Origin: a virus
Taxonomy: Duplodnaviria > Caudoviricetes
Length of the DNA stretch: 64,000 nt
IMG/VR virus record: IMGVR_UViG_3300001485_000138
Location: 22,675 to 86,674 of that record
Reading direction: 5' to 3' (one strand)
Position 1 is the first letter of the stretch. Each line of letters opens with the position of its first letter. The notes beneath the pieces were generated by a model. It did no database searches. It had not been told where the DNA came from and saw nothing but the letters and a program-made list of their open reading frames with translations. The position numbers and the translations under genes are program-made. Shown here one piece after another: positions 1 to 9,459 of this stretch.

Positions 1-339
1 ACTCCGGAATGGAAAATCAAGAAGAAACTTGTATTCAAGTACCTGCAATCTCATGAGCCAGATACTAAATTCTATCAAGTACATAATACAAGAAGTGCTC
101 TTCTTGATGTACTGGATGAAAACTGGCTCTATATGGGATTTGCTGTTAGAGTAGTATCCAAAAAACTTAACAAACAAACTAAACAACCAGTTGTAGATAA
201 TATATACAGCTCTGTAAAGGAAGCTATGGAGGACTTAAACCTTATAGGAAAACCTACAGGAAGTATAATACGAAGTCTTATAGGAGCTGCTAAGTATATC
301 TATGGCTATGACTGGAAACTAAAAAAGATTGAAGTATGA
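1..339 (+). CDS. 5'-truncated gene (frame open from base 1); possible DUF1064-like nuclease tail followed by a NUMOD1-like C-terminal module
   Basis: Frame 1 has no stop from base 1 to TGA at 337-339, so the 133..339 ORF is only the end of a longer gene. NIYSSVKEAMEDL...IIRSLIG...YIYGYDWK resembles NUMOD1 DNA-binding modules. Confidence 0.5.
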   Translation, partial: TPEWKIKKKLVFKYLQSHEPDTKFYQVHNTRSALLDVLDENWLYMGFAVRVVSKKLNKQTKQPVVDNIYSSVKEAMEDLNLIGKPTGSIIRSLIGAAKYIYGYDWKLKKIEV

Positions 340-605
340 GTAATATTGCGACTTATAACAAACAGAATGTAGCTCCTATCAGCTATGCTAAGAAACCTGA
401 TTTCACCGGTAAGATACAGGAGTTTGTACAACATCTGCATGATTTCATGCCAGTTATACAACAGGAATTTGATGACTTGGAGAAGAGAGCTGAAACAAAA
501 CCATGCAAGGCTTTTGATGACAAGATGAATGGACTTGCTGCTATCTATCAGGCAGAGAAAGACCTTTATTATTGGTATATAGAAAACCAGAAGAGACAAG
601 CATGA
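336..605 (+). CDS. hypothetical protein
   Basis: 89-aa ORF with ATGA overlaps to both neighbours. Confidence 0.75.
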   Translation: MSNIATYNKQNVAPISYAKKPDFTGKIQEFVQHLHDFMPVIQQEFDDLEKRAETKPCKAFDDKMNGLAAIYQAEKDLYYWYIENQKRQA

Positions 606-1645
606 TTACTATTGAGAAAGAACTACCTCAAATCAGCTGGTTAGTAGATGAGCCTTCATATAGAGCTGACCCTGCTCTTTCATACTCTACCATCAGTACT
701 TATGAATCTCTTGGGTTTGATGGACTTGACCACCTGTTTGACAGAAAAGAAACTCCTTCATTACTTCTTGGAAGTTGTGTAGATTCAATCATTACAGGTG
801 GTATGGAGGAATTCAATGACAGGTTTGCTGTTATAGATGTTACTATCACTGATGGTGGTATGGATACACTGAGCAGACTTAAATCCATGGAACTGCCATT
901 CAAATCCTTTAATGAGATTCCAGAACAGATAGTATCTGATGCAGCAAAAGAAGTAGGATTCTGGAAGGCCGACAAGTGGGATAAGGTAAGATATAAGAAA
1001 GTTCTTGAAACAGGTAATGTAGCAGAATACTATGATGCGTGTATGCATAGTGATAAGACACTGGTAACACAAAAGATGTATCAAGACGTACTAAACTGTG
1101 TAAGAGCACTGAAGGAATCTCCTGCAACAGCATCCTATTTTGCTGATAATGATATGCTATCTCCTATCAGAAGGTACTATCAGCTAAAATTCAAGGCTGA
1201 GCTTGATGGTGTACCATACAGATGTATGGCCGACATGATAGCTGTAAATTATGAAAAGAAGATAATATATCCATGTGACCTCAAGACATCATCTACCGAA
1301 GAATGGAACTTTGAAAAGAGCTTTGTCAAATGGCATTATTTGATCCAGGCGATGTTATACTGGAAGTTGATCAGGTATAACCTTAACAAAGACCCTTATT
1401 TCAAGGATTTCAAACTTCATGATTACCGCTTTATTGTGGTGAACCCAAGAACCCTTACACCTCTTGTATGGGAGTTCCCTCTTACACAGGCAGAAGTTGA
1501 CCTTGTAGATGATGAAGGCACTGTATGGAAACACCCACTTACTCTCGGTAAAGAACTCTATGACTATCTAATGAGAAGACCAAGAGTACCAAATGGTATC
1601 TCCCTTACAGGAGTTAACACTATCACTTGCCTTCACAAGGCATAG
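602..1645 (+). CDS. PD-(D/E)XK exonuclease (RecE/exonuclease VIII-like, DUF3799-type)
   Basis: LSYSTI, LLLGSCVD, RCMADMI...CDLKT and YLIQAMLY motifs. Start moved to ATG 602, which overlaps the upstream stop. Confidence 0.8.
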   Translation: MITIEKELPQISWLVDEPSYRADPALSYSTISTYESLGFDGLDHLFDRKETPSLLLGSCVDSIITGGMEEFNDRFAVIDVTITDGGMDTLSRLKSMELPFKSFNEIPEQIVSDAAKEVGFWKADKWDKVRYKKVLETGNVAEYYDACMHSDKTLVTQKMYQDVLNCVRALKESPATASYFADNDMLSPIRRYYQLKFKAELDGVPYRCMADMIAVNYEKKIIYPCDLKTSSTEEWNFEKSFVKWHYLIQAMLYWKLIRYNLNKDPYFKDFKLHDYRFIVVNPRTLTPLVWEFPLTQAEVDLVDDEGTVWKHPLTLGKELYDYLMRRPRVPNGISLTGVNTITCLHKA

Positions 1646-1674
1646 AGTCAGTGCTTTGCAATTTGGTTGCAAAG
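1646..1674 (+). repeat. family-1 hairpin element, copy 1
   Basis: AGTCAGTG-CTTTGCAA-TTTGG-TTGCAAAG. Confidence 0.9.
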
Positions 1675-1711
1675 AAAACCCTATAACATAATGCTTAAAC
1701 ATAATATAATA

Positions 1712-4700
1712 ATGGATGAACAACAATGGTTAAATGATAACCAACTCTCTATGACTATATATGATAAGAAGTATAAAAATGCTTCCGAATCATTTGACTC
1801 CTTTCTAAATAGAGTATCAGGAAATTATCCAGAAATGGAAAACCTGATAAAAGAAAAGAAATTTATATTTGGAGGTAGAATACTTGCAAGTAGAGGAGTT
1901 CAAGACAGGAAAGTTACATATAGTAATTGCTATGTTATTACTCCACCGGAAGATAACATAGAATCTATCTTTGAGTGTGCCTCTAAATTAGCAAGAACCT
2001 ATAGCTTTGGGGGAGGATGTGGTATAGATTTATCTAAGCTCAGACCTAATGGAGCAACAGTTCATAATGCAAGTAAGACTTCAAGTGGTCCAGTAAGTTT
2101 TATGGATATGTTCTCTCAGGTAACTCAAACTATATCTCAGAATGGTAGAAGAGGAGCATTAATGATTTCTCTTGATATTAACCATCCTGATGTAGAAGAG
2201 TTTATCAACTGCAAGACAGACCTTAACAGAGTCAACTTTGCTAATATCTCAGTCAGAGTAAATGATGAGTTTATGAAGGCTGTAGAAGAAGACAAAGATT
2301 ATATCCTCAGATGGCCATGTGATGCTAAGTATCTTAGTTCTATAGGTAGAGGACAAGTCATAGTAGATGAAAAGAATATTACTTATGACCACCTATATCC
2401 TATCTATAAATATGATGCTGAAGACAATAATACAGGAGAGATAACAGGCTATATCAAAAGAGTCAAAGCAAGAGACCTATTTAACAAGCTTGTAAAGAAC
2501 AACTGGGACTATGCTGAACCTGGTATCTTGTATTGGGATAGAATACAAGGCTATAATCTGTTGGATAACACAGACTTTAAGTATGCAGGAGTAAATCCGT
2601 GTGTAAGTGGAGACACCTTAATCCTTACTTCTGAAGGGTATCAGAGGATTGATAATCTTGTAGATAAGGAAGTTAATATCTGGAATGGGTATGAATGGAG
2701 CCAGGTTGTACCAAAAGTAACTGGACATAACCAGCCAATGTATAATATTACTTTCTCTAACGGTTGTCAACTTAGGTGTACCCTTTATCATAAATTCCTA
2801 CTTAAAGATGGAAACAGGGTTGAAGCTCAACAGTTAAAAGTAGGAGACAAACTTGCTAAATACACATATCCATGCATAATAAGCCCTGGGATTTCAGGAC
2901 AATCAAAACTATGTTATAGTCTTGGAGTATTTGCTGGAGATGGCTACATAAAAAGAAAAGATGAACCTGTAATATACTTATATGGAGAAAAACAAAAACT
3001 TCTTCCATATATAGTAGAAGGTAAAGTAAGAAAAGACCCTAAAGAGAATAGATTGGCAATTACTATTGGAAATACAAAAGAATGCTTTCTAAATGGTAAA
3101 ACATTTGTTCCTTCTCAATATTGGAAGATAACTGAGAAATTAGATTGGTTGGCAGGTCTGATTGATGCAGATGGATGCATTAATAGTTCAGATGGAAGCA
3201 TTTCAATATCTTCAATAGATAGAGCTTTCTTAAATAAAGTACAACTGATGTTACACACCATTGGAATAGCATCTACAGTAGCCATAATGCATAAAGCTGC
3301 AAATAGAAGACTGCCATCCCATAACTTAGAAACCCCTTATAAAGAGTATGCTTGTAAGGAATCCTACAGATTATCCATCTCATCCAACAATGTTAAAATA
3401 TTGCTAAAATTAGGACTTGAATTACATAGAATTAATGTATCCCAAAATCCTAACAGAGATGCTGCAAGATTTATATCTGTTGTAAGTATTGAAGATGATG
3501 GTATAAGTGATAATGTGTATTGTGTAAATGAACCTAAGAATCATACAGTTGTATTCAATGGTATAATGACAGGTAATTGTGCTGAGGAACCCCTGCCAGC
3601 AGGAGGTTCATGTCTTCTTGGCAGTATCAACTTGTCTGAGTTTGTGAAGAACCCATTTACATCTAACTCCTATATAGATTATGAAGCTCTTGAAGAAGCA
3701 GTTACTATAGCTGTAAAAGGACTTAACCAAGTACTTTCAGAAGGATTGAAGAAGCATCCTCTTAAAGAGCAACAAGAGTCTGTAGCAAATTGGAGACAGA
3801 TAGGTCTTGGAACATTAGGACTTGCTGATATGCTTATCAAGCTTGGTATAACCTATGGAAGTACAGATTCACTGAAGACTATAGACAGTGTCTATAAAAC
3901 TATTGCAAAACAAGCAGTATTAACATCACTTGAGTTAGCCAAAGTAGATTCATGCTATCCTATGTGTGATAAGAAGAAGCTTGCTGAATCCAGCTTTATT
4001 AAGAACCTTAATCTTCCTACAGAAGTACTTAAGGATATTAAGAAATACGGACTTTACAATAGTCAGCTTCTTACTTGTGCTCCCACAGGAAGTATAGGTA
4101 CTATGCTTGAAGTAAGTACAGGAGTAGAACCTAACTTTGCATTTAGCTATACAAGAAAAACTCAGTCTCTCGAAGGTAAGGACACATTCTATGAAGTAAA
4201 GGCAAAGATAGTCAATGACTATTTAGAAGTTCATAAGGATGAATCCTTGGAAAATCTTCCTGGATACTTTGTGACATCAGCAGACATAAAACCTATTGAC
4301 AGAGTAAAAGTACAAGCAGTTCTACAGAAATATACTGATGCCAGCATATCATCTACAGTAAATCTTCCTAAAGAGGCCACTGTTGAAGATGTGTATGACA
4401 TATACATGAACGCTTGGAAAGAAGGTCTTAAAGGCATCACTATCTATAGAAGTGGATGTAAGAGAGAAGGTATCCTTACTACTGAGAAAGTACAGCCAAT
4501 GGAAGTACCTGCTACAAAAGCCCCTAAAAGACCAAAAGAACTGGAAGCAGATTATTATACATTTAAAGTCAAAGGAGAACAATATATTGTATTAGTAGGT
4601 TTGCTGAATAAAAAACCTTATGAAATATTTGCTTTCCAACCAAACATCAGGTTTACAGCTACTGACCACAAAGGTATAATCATCAAGAAATCTAAGATGC

Positions 4701-5011
4701 ATTATAGCTTTGAGTCACCTATTCTCCAAATACCGGAACTGGAACTTGCTAATGATAATGTGGAAGAAAAGGCTGCTACACTATATGCTTCCATGCTTCT
4801 CCGTCATGGAGTAGATATAAAGTATATCATCAAGACTGCCAAAAAGGTTAATAATAACATAGCCTCTTTCAGTGCTGCTATGTGCAGGGTACTTGCCAAA
4901 TATATACCTTCTGAAATAACAGGAGAAAAGTGTCCTGAATGTGGTGGAGATGTAATAAATGAAGGAGGCTGTAAACACTGTAAAGACTGTGGATGGTCTA
5001 AATGTGAATAA
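1712..5011 (+). CDS. nrdJ: class II (adenosylcobalamin-dependent) ribonucleotide reductase precursor containing an intein
   Basis: FIFGGRILA, SNCYV, GGGCG, RRGALM, NP/CAE, IGLGTLG, TCAPTGSIG, DASISSTVNLP, KGITIYR and a C-terminal Zn ribbon (CPEC..CKDC). The TTG start at 1667 lies inside a hairpin, so ATG 1712 is preferred. Confidence 0.93.
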   Translation: MDEQQWLNDNQLSMTIYDKKYKNASESFDSFLNRVSGNYPEMENLIKEKKFIFGGRILASRGVQDRKVTYSNCYVITPPEDNIESIFECASKLARTYSFGGGCGIDLSKLRPNGATVHNASKTSSGPVSFMDMFSQVTQTISQNGRRGALMISLDINHPDVEEFINCKTDLNRVNFANISVRVNDEFMKAVEEDKDYILRWPCDAKYLSSIGRGQVIVDEKNITYDHLYPIYKYDAEDNNTGEITGYIKRVKARDLFNKLVKNNWDYAEPGILYWDRIQGYNLLDNTDFKYAGVNPCVSGDTLILTSEGYQRIDNLVDKEVNIWNGYEWSQVVPKVTGHNQPMYNITFSNGCQLRCTLYHKFLLKDGNRVEAQQLKVGDKLAKYTYPCIISPGISGQSKLCYSLGVFAGDGYIKRKDEPVIYLYGEKQKLLPYIVEGKVRKDPKENRLAITIGNTKECFLNGKTFVPSQYWKITEKLDWLAGLIDADGCINSSDGSISISSIDRAFLNKVQLMLHTIGIASTVAIMHKAANRRLPSHNLETPYKEYACKESYRLSISSNNVKILLKLGLELHRINVSQNPNRDAARFISVVSIEDDGISDNVYCVNEPKNHTVVFNGIMTGNCAEEPLPAGGSCLLGSINLSEFVKNPFTSNSYIDYEALEEAVTIAVKGLNQVLSEGLKKHPLKEQQESVANWRQIGLGTLGLADMLIKLGITYGSTDSLKTIDSVYKTIAKQAVLTSLELAKVDSCYPMCDKKKLAESSFIKNLNLPTEVLKDIKKYGLYNSQLLTCAPTGSIGTMLEVSTGVEPNFAFSYTRKTQSLEGKDTFYEVKAKIVNDYLEVHKDESLENLPGYFVTSADIKPIDRVKVQAVLQKYTDASISSTVNLPKEATVEDVYDIYMNAWKEGLKGITIYRSGCKREGILTTEKVQPMEVPATKAPKRPKELEADYYTFKVKGEQYIVLVGLLNKKPYEIFAFQPNIRFTATDHKGIIIKKSKMHYSFESPILQIPELELANDNVEEKAATLYASMLLRHGVDIKYIIKTAKKVNNNIASFSAAMCRVLAKYIPSEITGEKCPECGGDVINEGGCKHCKDCGWSKCE
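2600..3577 (+). mobile_element. intein (326 aa) with a LAGLIDADG homing endonuclease in nrdJ
   Basis: Starts CVSGDTLILT, ends HTVVFNGIMTGN, and is followed by Cys (+1). Contains YSLGVFAGDG and a literal LAGLIDADG (3149-3175). Removal restores NPCAEEPLP. Confidence 0.95.
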
Positions 5012-5016
5012 ATTTC

Positions 5017-5045
5017 AGTTAGTGCAGGGCAGTTCGGCTGCCCTG
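5017..5045 (+). repeat. family-1 hairpin element, copy 2
   Basis: AGTTAGTG-CAGGGCAG-TTCGG-CTGCCCTG. Confidence 0.9.
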
Positions 5046-5073
5046 TTCTATAATTAATAACCAAAAAATCAAA

Positions 5074-5610
5074 ATGAAAATTAAAGTATTAGAAAAAACA
5101 CCTGGATGTCTGCCTTTCATCATTAAGAAGGGTGACTGGATAGACCTCCGTCTGGCTGAGGAAGTAAAGCTTAAAGCTCCTCAAGCAAACAAAATGCATA
5201 TAAGGAATAAAAGCAAGGAAGATGTAGAGACTATCAGAACAAGAGATGTAGATTTTGACTTCTACGTAGCATCTCTCGGAGTAGCCATGCAATTACCTGA
5301 TGGCTTTGAAGCTATTGTAGCCCCACGAAGTTCTACATTTAAGAAGTGGGGAGTAACAGTACCTAATTCCTTTGGAGTTATAGACAATAGTTATAGTGGC
5401 AATAAAGATGAGTGGAAAGTACCACTCTTAGCTTTCCGAAAGACTACAATACCTAAAGGTACTGCCATTGTACAATTCCGCATACAACTGTCACAAAAGG
5501 CTACTATGTGGCAGAAACTCAAATGGCTTTTCTCATCATCAATAGAAATAGAATCAGTTCCATTCCTTGATAACCCAGACAGAGGAGGATTTGGAACCAC
5601 AGGTAATTAA
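5074..5610 (+). CDS. dut: trimeric dUTPase
   Basis: DWIDL, PRSS, GVIDNSYSG, IVQF and RGGFGTTG motifs. Confidence 0.93.
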   Translation: MKIKVLEKTPGCLPFIIKKGDWIDLRLAEEVKLKAPQANKMHIRNKSKEDVETIRTRDVDFDFYVASLGVAMQLPDGFEAIVAPRSSTFKKWGVTVPNSFGVIDNSYSGNKDEWKVPLLAFRKTTIPKGTAIVQFRIQLSQKATMWQKLKWLFSSSIEIESVPFLDNPDRGGFGTTGN

Positions 5611-5618
5611 CATGTCAA

Positions 5619-5646
5619 CTATGCTATAACATTGTTATAGCCCTAA
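5619..5646 (+). repeat. family-2 hairpin element, copy A
   Basis: CTATG-CTATAAC-ATT-GTTATAG-CCCTAA. Confidence 0.8.
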
Positions 5647-5657
5647 CACACTACAAT

Positions 5658-6089
5658 ATGAACAAAAGTAAGAATAAATCATTTTTAGCATTCTCATTCA
5701 GTCAGGGATTTGTACCACCTAATATACCTATTGCTACTTTCAAACAAGGTGATAAGGAACTAAATTTCATCCTTGATTCAGGTTCTGACAGAAATGTCAT
5801 TGACAAAGGTGTACTCTCGGAAATACAGTATGAAAAGATTAACTCTGAAGATATACACACTCTTACAGGAGTGAATGGTGTTGTACAAGTAGAGAAGTGC
5901 AAGATTACCTTTCAGCATGACGATGATGAATATACTACAGAATTTCTTGTAACAGACCTGAAAGAACCTTTTAGTGCCATCAGAGCATCTCATTCAATAC
6001 CTCTGCATGGTATGCTTGGCTCTATATTCTTCAAAGAGAACAAGATTGTTATGGATTTTGATAAAATGGTAGCCTATAACAAAGAGTAA
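5658..6089 (+). CDS. retropepsin-like aspartyl protease
   Basis: FILDSGSDRNVID catalytic motif, LTGVNG flap-like segment and HGMLGSIFF (GxLG) motif. Confidence 0.8.
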   Translation: MNKSKNKSFLAFSFSQGFVPPNIPIATFKQGDKELNFILDSGSDRNVIDKGVLSEIQYEKINSEDIHTLTGVNGVVQVEKCKITFQHDDDEYTTEFLVTDLKEPFSAIRASHSIPLHGMLGSIFFKENKIVMDFDKMVAYNKE

Positions 6090-6184
6090 TGATATACTTA
6101 GTTACCACACAACATCTTTGGCTGGGAAAATTATAAAACCTCTCAGCCAAAGAGTCTCTACAAGTTGACAACACCGTGCTATAA
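6089..6184 (+). pseudogene. frameshifted relic resembling the N-terminus of crAss-type family A DNA polymerase
   Basis: A TAATG-coupled start reads MIYLVTTQ; the adjacent frames give FGWENYK and SAKESLQV. The likeness to PolA N-termini is from memory and was not searched. Confidence 0.4.
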
Positions 6185-6215
6185 GAATGGAAAACAAATA
6201 ATAACGAACAGCAAG

Positions 6216-8108
6216 ATGATAATATACAACAAGACGGTTCTGGTCTATGATGTTGAGGTATTCCCCAATGTGTTCAGTTGCACTCTGAAAAATAGTGAGA
6301 CTGGACAGGTTAAAGTATATGAATTATCCCATAGGAAAAATAATATCATCGAGGAAGCTACAGCAATGGTCAATCTCTTCAAAGATGATAGGTATCTTTT
6401 CTGTGGATATAACAATATTCACTATGATAATCCGATTATGAACTTTATTATTGAGAACGTTGGTTCTATGCCCAACGATTATCAGAAAGTCTGTAATAGG
6501 ATTTATAAACTTAGTCAGCAGATAGTTACTTCTGAGACCTCAGAATCATGGAAACAATGGAAATATGCTACCAGGTTTGCAACTCTTGACCTCTTAACTA
6601 TGTTGTTTTCTCAAAAACTTAGAGTGGGTTTAAAGGAGATGCAAGTTACTATGCAATATCGTAATGTCCAAGAGTATGAAGGTGACTTTGAAAGCTGGCT
6701 TCCTGATAGTGAGATAGATACCATGTTAGCTTATAACCTTAACGATGTAGATTCTACTCTAGAGTTACTGAATAGATGTAAAAAGGATATTGATTTGAGA
6801 ATTGGTATTCAGCAGGAGTATGGAGTAGATGTACTTTCTAAAGATGGCATGAGCATTGGTACTGAGATTCTGAAGATTAAATATCTGGAGAAAACTAAGA
6901 AACAATGGTATCAAATCAAAGATCTTAGAAGTCCCTGTGATGAAATAGAATTGAGTAAGGTGATATTTCCTTTCATTCAGTATGAGACTCCTGTTCTTCA
7001 AAATCTACTTAAGGAAATGAAGCAGCAAACAGTCAGTGCTGGCAGAAAAGGATATGAGAAACACTTCCTTCTTGACAATGTAGAAGTAACTGTAGGAGTT
7101 GGAGGCATTCATACCAAGAACGATCCTGAAGCTATCATTCCTAAAGAGGATGAATTACTTCTGGACAGTGATGTTAATAGTCTATATCCAAGTCTTATCA
7201 TTAGTTACAGTCTTGTTCCTCAGCATTTAGGTAAAGAATTCCTTGAAATTTATGGTCAAGTCAGAGAGGAAAGACTTGCTGCTAAAAGAGTACATCAGGA
7301 TGTAAAGAATACAACTTTAAAGCTTGCTCTTAATGGTGCTACAGGTAACTATCAGAATCAATATAGTTGGCTTTATGACCCAATGGCTGTAATGAAGATT
7401 AGAATTAATGGTCAGTTACTTCTTCTTATGCTTACAGAAATGCTTCTGAAAGCTGGTGCAAGACTCAAACAACTTAATACTGATGGTATTCTCTATACTA
7501 TTCCAAAGTCTGTAGATTATCAGGTTATTCTTAAAGAATGGGAAGAAAAGACTAAACTTACTCTGGAGACAGAGGAATATGAAGCCTTCTATCAGTTTGC
7601 TATTAATGACTATCTTGCTATCGGTAAAGGGTATGCTGAAACCAAAGACAAAAAACTAATAAAACAGAAAGGTCTCTTTATCGATAAGGTAAAACTTGGC
7701 AAAGGTATGCAGCCTATGATTATTCCTGAAGCTCTCAATAAATATTTTGCAGATGGTGTTCCCATCGAGCAAACTATTAAAGAATGTAAAGATTTAAGTA
7801 AATTTATCACCTATCAAAAAGCTGATAAAAAATTTAGTGTAGAGTACAATAACAAACTAATATCCAGAATCAATAGGTATTATATTAGTACCAACGGCTC
7901 ATATCTCTATAAATGTGAAGTTGTTGATGGGAAAAGGATTGGCTATATCAACATGCTTAAAGCTTCTGGCGTAACTATAGTAAATAATCTGGATGAAGTA
8001 AAAGAGTTTCCTAAGAATATCAACTATAGATATTATATAGCAGAATGCAATAAAATTCTTGATCCTTTCATTCATCGACAAACTTCATTATTTGATTTTG
8101 TGGCTTAA
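6216..8108 (+). CDS. polB: family B DNA polymerase
   Basis: Exonuclease motifs VYDVEVF, GYNNIHYD and YNLNDV; polymerase motifs SDVNSLYPS, KLALNGATG and NTDGI. ATG 6216 preferred over TTG 6165. Confidence 0.93.
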   Translation: MIIYNKTVLVYDVEVFPNVFSCTLKNSETGQVKVYELSHRKNNIIEEATAMVNLFKDDRYLFCGYNNIHYDNPIMNFIIENVGSMPNDYQKVCNRIYKLSQQIVTSETSESWKQWKYATRFATLDLLTMLFSQKLRVGLKEMQVTMQYRNVQEYEGDFESWLPDSEIDTMLAYNLNDVDSTLELLNRCKKDIDLRIGIQQEYGVDVLSKDGMSIGTEILKIKYLEKTKKQWYQIKDLRSPCDEIELSKVIFPFIQYETPVLQNLLKEMKQQTVSAGRKGYEKHFLLDNVEVTVGVGGIHTKNDPEAIIPKEDELLLDSDVNSLYPSLIISYSLVPQHLGKEFLEIYGQVREERLAAKRVHQDVKNTTLKLALNGATGNYQNQYSWLYDPMAVMKIRINGQLLLLMLTEMLLKAGARLKQLNTDGILYTIPKSVDYQVILKEWEEKTKLTLETEEYEAFYQFAINDYLAIGKGYAETKDKKLIKQKGLFIDKVKLGKGMQPMIIPEALNKYFADGVPIEQTIKECKDLSKFITYQKADKKFSVEYNNKLISRINRYYISTNGSYLYKCEVVDGKRIGYINMLKASGVTIVNNLDEVKEFPKNINYRYYIAECNKILDPFIHRQTSLFDFVA

Positions 8109-8169
8109 AAAGTTATATACAGACCACTGGGTACATTAAAAAACATCAACCCTTTAATTTATAAATACT

Positions 8170-8352
8170 ATGCAAATCTTCTTAAATCGTAATGAAATCC
8201 TGCAACTGAAAAACTACATGGACAACAATCCAAAGAGGTTTAATTTCCAAATCACACAATCTCATGAAAGTGGTAATGGATACACAACCTTAGTAGAAGC
8301 AACTGATAGCCCAACCCCATTTGCAGATATATCTGATTATGATGCTTGGTAA
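8170..8352 (+). CDS. hypothetical protein
   Basis: 60-aa ORF with an A-rich leader. Confidence 0.65.
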   Translation: MQIFLNRNEILQLKNYMDNNPKRFNFQITQSHESGNGYTTLVEATDSPTPFADISDYDAW

Positions 8353-8356
8353 TTAT

Positions 8357-8479
8357 ATGCACAATGAAGAGGAAGAGGTGGAAAGAGACACTCTGGAGGA
8401 GGAGTTGTACTTACTTACCCATACTCCCCACCTCTTTCCTGTTAATACCCCAAACCGCGTGAATTATAAACAAGAGTAG
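8357..8479 (+). CDS. small acidic hypothetical protein (40 aa, not in the ORF track)
   Basis: ATG 8357 to TAG 8479, MHNEEEEVERDTLEEELYLLTHTPHLFPVNTPNRVNYKQE. It fills the gap, and its stop overlaps hairpin copy 3. Confidence 0.5.
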   Translation: MHNEEEEVERDTLEEELYLLTHTPHLFPVNTPNRVNYKQE

Positions 8480-8506
8480 TTAGTGCAAGATGATTCGGTC
8501 ATCTTG
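8478..8506 (+). repeat. family-1 hairpin element, copy 3
   Basis: AGTTAGTG-CAAGATGA-TTCGG-TCATCTTG. Confidence 0.9.
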
Positions 8507-8522
8507 ATAAAAAGAAAACACT

Positions 8523-8957
8523 ATGCTGATAGAATTAAAAGTAAAAACTAAACGTACTGATTCTACTGGTAAGACCAGAAAGAAAACAGAAACTTATCTC
8601 ATCAACAAAGACTTCTTTGCAGAAGCTGAGTATGCAATTACAGAAATGCTTACAGAAGAGACAAACTCTCATCTTCTTGATGAATTTGAAATCCTCTCTC
8701 TCAAGATTTCTCAGTTAAAAGAGATTGCCACTCAATATCAAGGAGAAAATCCATTCATCATATCCCTCAAGGATGTATTCCATGAAGATGATGGTACTGA
8801 GAAATATACAAAGTACAAGATACTATTATGGGCAGACTCTCTCACAGAAGCTAATTCAAGAGCACATGAACTGTCCATGCAGGGATATGACATGCTTATC
8901 GAAAGTATTAAACAAGTAGAATATGTATTCATAAACGAAGAGGATAATAATGCATAA
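8523..8957 (+). CDS. DUF4494-like protein
   Basis: KVK...G..KK.TETYL....F.EAE pattern typical of this Bacteroidetes family. Confidence 0.65.
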   Translation: MLIELKVKTKRTDSTGKTRKKTETYLINKDFFAEAEYAITEMLTEETNSHLLDEFEILSLKISQLKEIATQYQGENPFIISLKDVFHEDDGTEKYTKYKILLWADSLTEANSRAHELSMQGYDMLIESIKQVEYVFINEEDNNA

Positions 8958-9225
8958 TTTAACAGAATTAGAAAATTCACCACAGGAAATCCAAGAGGAA
9001 GATTTAGTCAACAATCCCTCACATTATGATTCATTCATAAAGGATGGCCCAGATTGTATCACAGCTATGCAGGCAGCTTTTGGAAAAGATGCTGTAGCTG
9101 ACTTTGCTTTATGCAATAGCTTTAAGTATATCTGGAGACATCATAACAAGAATGGAAAGCAGGATATTCATAAAGCCATATGGTATCTCAACAAATATCT
9201 TGAACTACAGGAAAATCCCAGTTAA
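8950..9225 (+). CDS. DUF3310-like phage protein
   Basis: VNNPSHY, FKYIWRH..KNG.QDI.KAIWYL. Confidence 0.8.
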   Translation: MHNLTELENSPQEIQEEDLVNNPSHYDSFIKDGPDCITAMQAAFGKDAVADFALCNSFKYIWRHHNKNGKQDIHKAIWYLNKYLELQENPS

Positions 9226-9226
9226 C

Positions 9227-9254
9227 CTATGCTGTAACACTGTTACAGCTCTAA
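9227..9254 (+). repeat. family-2 hairpin element, copy B
   Basis: CTATG-CTGTAAC-ACT-GTTACAG-CTCTAA. Confidence 0.8.
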
Positions 9255-9266
9255 AACCGATAAACT

Positions 9267-9455
9267 ATGGCAATACATTTTCATAACTCAAAGACAAGGC
9301 TTCCTGAAGCCCTCAAACTCTCTGCATCAATAGCAACATATATGTTTGAACAAGAGTATGGAGAGATGGAATTCCTCACTGAAACTGATAAGAAACTCCT
9401 CAAACGTGCAGGAGAAATGCTGGCAAAGAAAGCTAATAAATGGATAAAGAAATAA
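9267..9455 (+). CDS. hypothetical protein
   Basis: 62-aa ORF in the + strand array. Confidence 0.65.
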   Translation: MAIHFHNSKTRLPEALKLSASIATYMFEQEYGEMEFLTETDKKLLKRAGEMLAKKANKWIKK

Positions 9456-9459
9456 CATT

